Below are positions 54,241 to 64,000 of a stretch of DNA of 64,000 nucleotides, one piece after another (positions within the stretch are counted from its first letter, which is position 1; each line of letters begins with the position of its first letter). A model generated the notes under the pieces. The model worked only from the letters and a program-made list of their open reading frames with translations. It was not told the origin of the DNA and ran no database searches. The DNA lies in NCBI RefSeq assembly GCF_001194135.2, contig NC_068997.1, positions 1,661,747-1,725,746 of the forward strand, read 5' to 3'. This DNA comes from Octopus bimaculoides (lineage: Eukaryota). The position numbers were made by a program, and so were the translations under genes.

Positions 54241-54784
54241 CACTGAATAGAAATATATTTCGTATTTTCAGAAATCTGTCGCTCCATGTGTAGGTTAAAC
54301 CTGTAGTTGGTTAAGCTTTTCTAGGTTTTCTACGTATTAAATGAAAATATTCGAAATCGCGTGTGGCTGTGGGAAAGAAGCTTCCTTCCAAACCACATAG
54401 CCCCAGGTTCAGTCCCACAAGGACATACTGACATACACGCACACACACACACACATACATGTACGCGCACACATATATATACAACATACATATACACACA
54501 CATATGTACACATACACGCATATACACAAACACATATTCACACGCACATATATATACAAACACATACACACACACGATTGATTTCTTTCAGGTTCCATCT
54601 GCTAGATCCACTTAGCGTTATATTAGAAGATACATGCTCAATGTGCCACTGAAAGAAATCCACCGTGTATGTGTGTGCGTGTGTGTGTGTGTATTTGTAT
54701 ATATATATATATATATATGTGCGTGTGAACATATGTGTTTGTGTATATGTGTGTGTGGATACATTTATGTGTGTATATGTATGT

Positions 54785-54855
<71 letters not shown>

Positions 54856-54982
54856 ACATGTATATGTGTGTGTGTGCGCGTGTATGTCAGTATGTCCTTG
54901 TATTTCTTCCTTGCCACCGCGGGACGACTGCGGTATTATAAGATAAGTACCAGGCTTTAAAAGAAGAGTACTAAGGGCGATT

Positions 54983-55130
54983 ACATTATTTACATTATTT
55001 ATATTTGACGAATATTTGTCCTCATCTTGTTTGTTGTTAACACAACGTTTTGGCTGATATACCCTCCAGCCTTCATCAGGTGTCTTGGGAAATTTCGAAC
55101 CCGGGTTCTCATTCCTAAGGTATTTTTCAA

Positions 55131-55195
<65 letters not shown>
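54983..55195 (-). mobile_element. Short PLE-type terminal-repeat fragment with hammerhead motif and (ATT)n end
   Basis: Contains ACAACGTTTTGGCTGATATACCCTCCAGCCTTCATCAGGTGTC, the CTGATGAAG...GAAACG geometry typical of PLE repeats. PLE assignment is an inference because no coding sequence is present. Confidence 0.65.
55039..55084 (-). ncRNA. Minimal type-I hammerhead motif with G12-to-A change (predicted inactive)
   Basis: Minus RNA: GACAC-CUGAUGA-A-GGCUG-GAGGGUAUAU-CAGCC-AAAAC-GUU-GUGUU. Confidence 0.7.
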
Positions 55196-55697
55196 CTCAT
55201 CTTTTAAATATAGAACTGCAACGTCGATTAGTTCGACTAAAACCCTTCAAGGCGGTACCCCAGCATAGCCGCAGTCAAATGACGGAAACATGTCAAACAA
55301 CAAAATCGCCTGATGATCGAAAGCGAGAAACTTTGACTATCGATTCAGAAGCTCAGCTTAGAACAAATAGGATTGAAATATATTTTACATTATTGTGCAA
55401 TTTATTTCTCATATTTACAAGGCGTCTGTTTTTTGTTTTTTTGTATTTTACCAATGAAACACTTTGAAACATTTGATTGTTCGCTTTGCTTAATCTTAAA
55501 TAGATTGATCCTAGGATAGTTTTATACTTAAAATTTGGACAATCAAAATTGTAAGGTCATAGCGTTTGGTTAAAAGTTAAAAGACCGCAGTATAATTTTA
55601 TTAATTACGGTTTCTATCTTTGGCACATAATCAAAACTGTGTGCTTAAGCAATAGAATTGTTTTTATCAGCTCCCAATATATTACTGGTACCCATAA

Positions 55698-55910
55698 GAC
55701 GGTGAATTAGCAAAACTGTTACCACGCCAGGCAAAATGCTTAGCGGCATTTCACTCGTCATTACGTTCTTAGTCCAAATGTCGCTAAGATCGGCTATTAT
55801 CCTTTCGAGGTCGATCAAATCAGTACCAGTTGTGCACTAGGGCCGATGTAATCGACTTCACCTTCTCTCAAAATTGCTGGCCCTCTGCTAAAATCTGAAA
55901 CCAATATATT
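55698..55910 (+). mobile_element. SINE family B
   Basis: ACGGTGAATTAGCAAAACTGTTACCACGCCAGGCAAAATGCTTAGCGGCATTTC...ATGTAATCGACT. Confidence 0.8.
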
Positions 55911-56604
55911 ACTGGTATCTATAGAATCAGAATAATAAGCAGAAAAATCAATGAAGGAAGGCAGCGCCCATGGTCGTTTGTGCGTCTCTTAGTTGCTGAA
56001 TAACTTACTACTTCCACCAAACTAAAGAACCTAGGTCTATTTGCAACAGATTCCAGAAAACGTGACCAGACGATGATATTAAATATGACAATGGATTTAT
56101 TCTTCTAGAAATGACCATCTGATGGGCTTCCACACAGTTTCTTAGTTTCTTTTTGCAAAATTTAACTCACAATGCTTTAATTTAGGCAAGTAGAAGCCAC
56201 TTATCGAGTCGAACCGGAGAACACGTACATGAAATGTAAATTTCTTAACCACATAGTCATGCCTGTGGTTAAATAACTACACACCCTTATCGTTTTCATA
56301 CATTAGAATGTAAATGGATGTAGTTAAACATTGTAAGTTAGTTCTATTTAATATAGTTTTGCATACTATTCTTTGATATATGACATCGTCCAGTCGTAAC
56401 ATATTCGTGAACCATTAAGTAAATCGATCCCAGTAGTTGACTGGTATAGATTACAGTGAACGAGGAAGAATCTTACAGAAACACCAGTCTAACGTCGCAA
56501 ACTGAATGGCAGTAGCTTAGGTAATGTAGTCTTCGATACGTACAAATCTCTGAATAGTTTACAAAGCCTCTGACCAAAATTACACCTCGCTACCTTAAAG
56601 AAAT

Positions 56605-56800
56605 GAAAGTACGTGGTCACATGCTTTGTGCAATGAGCTCACGATTGTTAGGTCGTTGGCTCGATTCTCGAAACGAAAAGCGCATTGTGTCTTTACGCAA
56701 GGATCTTCGCTTTATGATGATCCAGCACTCGACTGAAAATAAGTGCCAGTGGTACCGAGAAGTATAACCTAAAATGGAGTGGCGTCCCGTTCAAAAGTAA
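56605..56800 (+). mobile_element. SINE family C, decayed
   Basis: CTCACGATTGTTAGGTCGTTGGCTCGATTCTCG...CGCATTGTGTCTTT...ATCCAGCACTCGACTG. Confidence 0.45.
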
Positions 56801-58623
56801 ACGGTATTTTGCATTTTTATGCCAAATGACTTGGAAATCCAGTTTGAGGCAGAGTCTGTCGCAAAGAAAGCAAAGTCCCACTAAATATGATCACGCTCGA
56901 TATATTTCGATATTTCTTATAAAAGATGGTCGGCCACAGTTGACATGCTTTTGATAACATATATTCTTGAAGCAGCTGGACTGGGATTAAATAACGACAA
57001 TATCAGCTGGTATTTCTTCAGAAAGAGGCAGGGGAGAAAGTCAAAGAGATTCGAACTCAGAAATACAAAGACAATTTATTACCGCATGTAATTTGGCGTG
57101 GCTTTTCACCGATTTGTCACTCAGAGCCCTAAAAGAGTATTATTAGTATTAATAATATTGATTTTGGTTTATATTGGACGAGTCAAAGGAGCTGGAATTC
57201 TTATTAATATGATCGTTAACCATTGTTAAAACCTAATCTTCATGTGATTTTAGATGAATTTCTCTCTGTTTCACAACATTCATCTGTTAAAAATTAAACA
57301 AAACTTACGAACAAAGATTGGGGGGAAAAAAAATGAAAAAATTCAAAAACAGAAATCTTTACACTTTCATCAAAAGAATGTTTTTAGATTAAATATAAGG
57401 GAAAATTTTAACATTTCACTATTGATTTCGATATAATTTTCCACTTTCTATTCATCAATTCTAATTCTCGAAAATAATAGCAATCATTATCAGGATTTTT
57501 CCAGAAGAAGTCTTGTTGGATCCAATAAATACTTCAAGTTACAAACAGCAGTCTAGATGCAAGTTTGCTTTTTAATTTAAATATATCGATCGACTGTTAT
57601 TATTTTCAATATTGATCTTTAACTACTGGGTGTAACACATTTATTATAGTTTACATCAATATATTTATCTAATTTTATTTCTGAAATTAATTTTCACATT
57701 GAATATATATGTGTATATACATACATATATATATATATANNNNNNNNNNNNNNNNNNNNNNNNNNNNNNNNNNNNNNNNNNNNNNNNNNNNNNNNNNNNN
57801 NNNNNNNNNNNNNNNNNNNNNNNNNNNNNNNNNNNNNNNNNNNNNNNNNNNNNNNNNNNNNNNNNNNNNNNNNNNNNNNNNNNNNNNNNNNNNNNNNNNN
57901 NNNNNNNNNNNNNNNNNNNNNNNNNNNNNNNNNNNNNNNNNNNNNNNNNNNNNNNNNNNNNNNNNNNNNNNNNNNNNNNNNNNNNNNNNNNNNNNNNNNN
58001 NNNNNNNNNNNNNNNNNNNNNNNNNNNNNNNNNNNNNNNNNNNNNNNNNNNNNNNNNNNNNNNNNNNNNNNNNNNNNNNNNNNNNNNNNTACGTACATAC
58101 ATATATATATATATATATATACACACACGTGCACACACGCACACACACACACATACACATACACATATTTGTATATATATATGTGTGTGTGTGTGTGTAT
58201 ATATATACACACACATACATATACACATGTATATTTATGTGCACCCATGCATATATATGTATGCTTATATATAAATCATGCATCTTTCTCACTTCCCCCT
58301 CTCTCTCCTTTTCTCCCCCTCTCTCTTCCTTTCTCCCCCTCTCTCTCTCCCTTTCTGCCCCTCCCTTTCTTCCCTTTATCCCCCTCTCTATTTATCTATC
58401 TGTTATGCACATAAAGAAAGAAGCAGAGAAGGAAAGAGTGACGAAGTGAGGTTTAGACAAAGATAGAAATATATCTCAATATGTAAAATGGAGGCAGTTC
58501 AAAGACTAAGGTGGCTGTGAGTAAAACTAGGTTAATGAGAAATACAGTTTATTACCTCTTTGTCAATCCATACATGCTTTCATCTCTAGCAATGAAAATA
58601 CTCTTAGCAACCAAAATACAAAC

Positions 58624-58718
<95 letters not shown>

Positions 58719-59272
58719 TCTAAATATTATCTACGACATTTCTTTGTCGCTTTCAACGCGTTTGTATTGTTCAATTTCTAACTTAAATTTTTCCTTTTTA
58801 TAATAATTATGTTTAAAATAATGCAATTGAAAAAAAAAAATTAATCTCTTTACAAATGAATATATTTTGAGATCAACCTCCGGCTTCTCTCTCACTTTCT
58901 CGTATATTTCTTCACCACAAATCGCAAGCGAATACAACCTGTTGGCATGTGTCATGGATTTTCTATTGTCTATTTTTCGTTTCGGTACCCACGTAGTTGC
59001 TAGCTGATATAGTCACATCCTCTATCCTCCTACGCATGACCACTCGGGACATCGAGAATATGAATGTTAGAGACAGATAGAGGTTGGGAGGGAGTTCTCC
59101 ATCAGTAATAGAGTAGTTCTTATTTTCGGTCGAGGTGACTGCGGTAAAGCCAAATGTTATGTCTTGTTTAAGAACACAGCGCATCACCCTGTAAATGGCA
59201 TCAAACTCGACACCTTATGATCATGAGACACCCTAACCAATTTACCACCAGCTTATATATATATATATATAT

Positions 59273-59475
59273 ATCCTAGGCACAACGGTCTCAAATTTTG
59301 GGGAAGGAGGCTATTCGATTACCTCAGTCCCAGTATTAGACTCGTACTTACTTTATAAAACAGCGAAATTGATGTAGGGCGAAGTGGACCTTAGTAGAAT
59401 TTGAATTCTGAACGTGAAGCTGGTAGAAATGATGTCAAGCATTTTTGTGTGGCATGCTCACGATTGTGCCGGCTC
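59273..59475 (-). mobile_element. SINE family B, diverged
   Basis: CCTAGGCACAACGGTCTCAAATTTTGGGG...GAATTTGAATTCTGAACGT...CGATTGTGCCGGCTCA. Confidence 0.65.
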
Positions 59476-59616
59476 AACACCTTACACACACACATGTGCG
59501 CACGCAAACACACACTCATACATACATACACACACACAAACGCACACATGTATATATTTATATATGTCTGTGTGCGCGTGTGTGTGTGTGTTTGTGTATC
59601 TGTGCGTGTGTGTGTG

Positions 59617-61185
59617 TAGGCGTGCCTGTGTGGTAAGAAGCGTTCATCTCTCCAGAAACCGCTAGGGATGCCTTGGCTGAGGATACGAAAACTCGCGTTA
59701 AGGTTGAGGCACCTCTGGCTTTACCTGGATGGAGAACAGGTGTGGTCACCGCATGTTCGGTTCTTCCTTCCAAAGTTAGTGTCCTTAACGGACATTGGTA
59801 CNNNNNNNNNNNNNNNNNNNNNNNNNNNNNNNNNNNNNNNNNNNNNNNNNNNNNNNNNNNNNNNNNNNNNNNNNNNNNNNNNNNNNNNNNNNNNNNNNNN
59901 NNNNNNNNNNNNNNNNNNNNNNNNNNNNNNNNNNNNNNNNNNNNNNNNNNNNNNNNNNNNNNNNNNNNNNNNNNNNNNNNNNNNNNNNNNNNNNNNNNNN
60001 NNNNNNNNNNNNNNNNNNNNNNNNNNNNNNNNNNNNNNNNNNNNNNNNNNNNNNNNNNNNNNNNNNNNNNNNNNNNNNNNNNNNNNNNNNNNNNNNNNNN
60101 NNNNNNNNNNNNNNNNNNNNNNNNNNNNNNNNNNNNNNNNNNNNNNNNNNNNNNNNNNNNNNNNNNNNNNNNNNNNNNNNNNNNNNNNNNNNNNNNNNNN
60201 NNNNNNNNNNNNNNNNNNNNNNNNNNNNNNNNNNNNNNNNNNNNNNNNNNNNNNNNATAGCCGTTGCAGAGCAACTGTTGTCAGTGATAGGAAGAGTACA
60301 GCTATCAGCTGAGTCTATCATCGAGACTGTACCACCTCCTTTCCTTAACAGGGAAAGGAAGGCCTGTTTTTTTCTGCGTAGTAGCCATACTGAAAGAAAC
60401 AGTATGGAAGATGCGTGTGAAAGGTATAGTGACAGGTACCTTTGTCTCCGGCCAGGGGTTAGTTAACTTTTTTAGTTACCGCCTAAGTAGTAAGGTCAGG
60501 CTGGAGAGAAAGTGCCTGTCACGGGATATGTTTACGAAAAGATGGAAGTCTGTGGAGTGCAAGCTGAGTGAGATTGGCACCAAATAAGTGAGGTCAATTT
60601 GGGAAGCAAAGGTTCTACCAGGATGGTCGGTTGCCTTCCTTCTAGCTACCTCATTGCGAAGCTCAATGATTTCTTGTGTAATATTTTAAAATTAATTTTT
60701 AAATCAATTTCAATCATATTTTAATCTATTCGTAACTTGTAAAATTTAAAATAAAAACGTTTAAGCTTCTTCCCCCTTATGTTTGTCTGTCCTTGTTTGT
60801 CCGCTCTCTGTAACGCCTCCAATGGCGAATTTTAATGAAATAAAGAAGCTTTCATCTCAACATCATGGTTTCAGGTTGTGCGCCAATGCGTCACAGTTTG
60901 GGTGACTGTCTTTTACTAAAACCTCGGGTTGACTAATGACTTATGAATGGATTTGGTAGACTGATACTGAAAGAAGCCGGTCAATTGTAAGTATGGGTAC
61001 GTGTGCGAGTCCGTTTTTGTCCCTCACCAACGGTGTTGGTGTGTTTAGGTGCCTGTAACTTAACGGTTCGGCAATTAAATGAGTACTAAGCTGAATATAA
61101 GTACCGGGGTCGATTCGTTCGACTAAAAACTCTTCAAGGCGGTGCCCCAGCATGGCCACAGTCTATTAAAGGAAACAAGCAAAAC
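59617..61185 (+). mobile_element. SINE family A interrupted by the Tx1-like LINE
   Basis: Head GTAGGCGTGCCTGTGTGGTAAGAAG lies before the LINE. The remainder (CATGGTTTCAGGTT...GGATTTGGTAGAC...GGCGGTGCCCCAGCATGGCC) follows it. Confidence 0.75.
59651..60842 (+). mobile_element. 5'-truncated Tx1/L1-like LINE spanning a gap, with 16-bp TSD
   Basis: PLGMPWLRIRKLALRLRHLWLYLDGEQVWSP (cf. the post-RT GGLG motif). After the gap, AILKETVWKMR...KVRLERKCL...FTKRW ends in a stop at 60585-60587. TSD AAGAAGC(G/T)TTCATCTC at 59635 and 60843. Confidence 0.75.
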
Positions 61186-61288
61186 ATAAAATATCGGATA
61201 TAGAACAGGGTATCCTACACTGTCCTAAAGCAAGTGCAAAATGATAATACGAAAAATATAGAATTAAAATGTTGAAACTTGAATATAT

Positions 61289-61490
61289 AGGCGCAGGTGT
61301 GGCTGTGACGGAAGAAGTTTGCTTCCCAGCCTCATGGTTCCGAGTTCAGTACCACTGCGTGACACCTTCGGCAAATTTCTTCTACTATAACTTCTGGTCG
61401 ACTAAAGCCGTGTGAGTGGATTTTGTAGACGGAAACTGAAGGAAGCCCGTTGTATATATATGTATATATATATATATATATATATACATA
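61289..61490 (+). mobile_element. SINE family A 5' half
   Basis: GGCGCAGGTGTGGCTGTG...GAGTTCAGTACCACTGCGTG...GACGGAAACTGAAGGAAGCCCG(TA)n. Confidence 0.85.
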
Positions 61491-62808
61491 CACGTGCACA
61501 TTATGAACTTCTATTATGTGCTATGAATTAGATAGACTTTAGAGAAATAGCTTTAAGATTGAAACGCTGCTACTAAATTTGCTTTCGTTATTCTTTCTTT
61601 TGATAATATTTTATATATTTAGAAAGGAACACATTCTATCCTTACCGAAAATTCTATGAAAGACAAATTTCTTTCATTAAATAATATTTCGCACCAGTCT
61701 CCGCGCATCTATGCAATTTAGTCCTCGAATTGTGATGAAATCACTCTGTTTAATACTTTCATGTTTAAAGCGAGGCATTTCGTAGCGGAGATCTTAGAGA
61801 TAAAATACAATATACGACATTCCATATTGTAAGCTGAAGTTGGTGAACAATTCCCAAGTAGTATTCGGCGCATACTTTAAAGAAGCTTGAAAGAACTTCT
61901 ACCATAAATCTCCACAAACCGTTTTGTAACCTAAATGAAAAAGTTTATATGGTGTTTGAAATGCAATGATCGACTCTGGAACTTACTGCATCCTATGTGT
62001 ATTGTACGTTTCGTTTAAAACTACCTTGTAAACTTTGTTTAAGTGAAAAATAGCTGATATTGAGTCATTTACCACGGTGTGGACATTTTCTTGACTGCTT
62101 CGGTCTCCGAGTTCACGGACCTTTTGATGCAGAATTACCGAGTGCTACAAGCACATCCAAGAGTACACAATTGAAGGGCGATCAGTTGTTTGGTGTTCTC
62201 TGAATTTGACATATTGGAGGTTAAAACTGTCTGCAAAGGGTCACTTATATGTCGCTCGTTTCCTTTCAACATTTACAAAAAAATTATATTCGTATGTAAC
62301 ATATTCATGTCAATATTTTGAGGTTTACAAAAAAAAAGAAAAAATCACATGCTCTATTACCAGAAGTTTTCCCTCCCATATTGCATTTTATATAATTTCG
62401 TTTACAAATCATTTCTTGGATGTATGGGCAATGGTGGAAAAATGTTAATAACAAAAACAACAACAACAACTACAACAACAACAACAATAATAATAATAAT
62501 AATAATAATAATGATAATAATAATCGTTTTCGTTTCTGAGAATATTGACGTCATTGCTACTTTTTTTTGTCGACGACTTGCAGACATCGATTCTCAAATA
62601 AATAAAAAAACAAACTGAAACGATGTTTAAGAGTAGGTGAAGCAATAGCACATACACACACACACACACACNNNNNNNNNNNNNNNNNNNNNNNNNNNNN
62701 NNNNNNNNNNNNNNNNNNNNNNNNNNNNNNNNNNNNNNNNNNNNNNNNNNNNNNNNNNNNNNNNNNNNNNNNNNNNNNNNNNNNNNNNNNNNNNNNNNNN
62801 NNNNNNNN

Positions 62809-62854
<46 letters not shown>

Positions 62855-63142
62855 GTATGTATGTATTTATGAATGTGTGTGTGTCATTTTCTAATAAGGT
62901 TGATTGAATTTCTCACAATAGTTGGATTATACAAACGGTAAGACATATATCAGACAGCTAATTCGTTCACGTGACGCATCGACAAAATAAAACTAATTTC
63001 CTCGTTTCCTAGAATGCCGACTAAAGAAACATTCGATACTAATACATACACACAGAGGGGTGGCGGAGGGATGCTGCTACATATCTGCATTATGAATGCA
63101 AAATACATGGAAAAGAACACACATGAAGAATGCGCAGATACT

Positions 63143-63185
<43 letters not shown>

Positions 63186-63198
63186 GTTATATATATAT

Positions 63199-63495
63199 AG
63201 GCGCAGGCGTAGCTGTGTAGTGGGAAGCTTACTGATGAGCCCCATGATTCTGGGTCCAGTGCCACAGCGTAGCACCTTGGTGAAATCTCTACTGTATATG
63301 CATGCGTTTTAGTGCCCCTACTGCCGCTCAACATCTACTGTTGGTGTGTTTAAATCCCCGTAACATAGCGATCCGTCAATGGGTTCGATAAAATAATTAC
63401 TTGACTTAAAAAAATAAGAACTAAAGTCAATTCATTCCACTAAAATTCGTCTGCCCCAGTCTAATGACAGAAACCAGTAAAAGATAAAATATAAA
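63199..63495 (+). mobile_element. SINE family A, internally deleted
   Basis: GGCGCAGGCGTAGCTGTG head and TAATGACAGAAACCAGTAAAAGATAAAA tail. Confidence 0.7.
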
Positions 63496-63779
63496 AAGAA
63501 AGATATTCAAATGTCTCAGAAGTTTTGCGGTCACGCGCTCCCTGGTTCCAACCACACGGTGTGGCATCTGGAGCCAAGTGTGCTTTCTTCTAACTGCAAG
63601 TCTACTTAAATCTCCTGAGTTGTAAGAAGAACATTTTGTTGCTGGATTATGCCTGTCATTTAAATGTCCGATTCTATCACACACCACGTCAGGTTGCTAC
63701 CAGTTACTATACATATGTTTGTGGGATACTCAACCACTTACACGCTGATTCAATGAAAATGATTCAGTTAGTAGGTGCA

Positions 63780-63935
63780 ATAACAGTTGGGTGGTAAGAC
63801 GCTTGCTTCCCAGCCAGATGGTCCCGGGTTCAGCCCCATTGCGTGGTACCTTGGGCAAGTGTTTTCTACTGTACTCTCAGGCCGACCAAAACCTTCTGAG
63901 CGGGTTTGACAGACGGAAACTGAAAGAAGCCCGCA

Positions 63936-64000
<65 letters not shown>
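63780..64000 (+). mobile_element. SINE family A running off the window end
   Basis: GTGGTAAGACGCTTGCTTCCC...GGTTCAGCCCCATTGCGTGG...ACGGAAACTGAAAGAAGCCCG(TA)n(TG)n. Confidence 0.85.

Larger units (their letters stand above)
54358..55290 (+). mobile_element. Rearranged SINE family A (internal inverted duplication, PLE-like insert in tail)
   Basis: Head (+) to 54418, inverted body 54417-54648, body (+) from 54649, insert 54983-55195, tail resumes GTCGATTAGTTCGACTAAAACCCTTCAAGGCGG. Confidence 0.75.

Noticed and set aside
55300-55350. CUGAUGA-UCG-AAAG-CGA-GAAAC hammerhead-like string
   Set aside because: Stem II is a 3-bp U-A-closed helix, and stems I and III do not register with a UH site; this is chance level.
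59150-59193. maT-like terminus (CATCACCCTGTA)
   Set aside because: No partner TIR or transposase sequence found nearby.
61289-61360. tRNA-like sequences here and at other SINE heads
   Set aside because: They continue into SINE bodies and do not form complete cloverleafs.

Overview
AT-rich, repeat-saturated eukaryotic DNA with many N-gaps, most flanked by (TA)n or other dinucleotide runs. The repeat families resemble those I know from octopus genomes, so a cephalopod (probably Octopus) origin is inferred from recall, not from a search. I found no intact host gene, rRNA, true tRNA or CRISPR array, and the long ORFs in the track are gap or microsatellite artefacts. The window holds dozens of tRNA-derived SINE copies in three families (my labels A, B, C) and decayed LINE pieces (RTE, CR1-like, Tx1/L1-like, R4-like). 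It also holds two Penelope-like element (PLE) remnants with GIY-YIG coding sequence, two DD37D maT transposons, a chimeric mariner, a hAT-type MITE and a 300-bp foldback. Best leads: (1) four minus-strand type-I hammerhead ribozyme motifs from different sequence families in PLE or PLE-like DNA, one with a complete core; (2) a PLE GIY-YIG domain with a ~125-aa Asn/Ser-rich insert between its two motifs; (3) a Tx1-like LINE inserted with a 16-bp TSD into a SINE tRNA head; (4) a SINE with an internal inverted duplication. All assignments come from reading and manual translation, and SINE/LINE boundaries are approximate.
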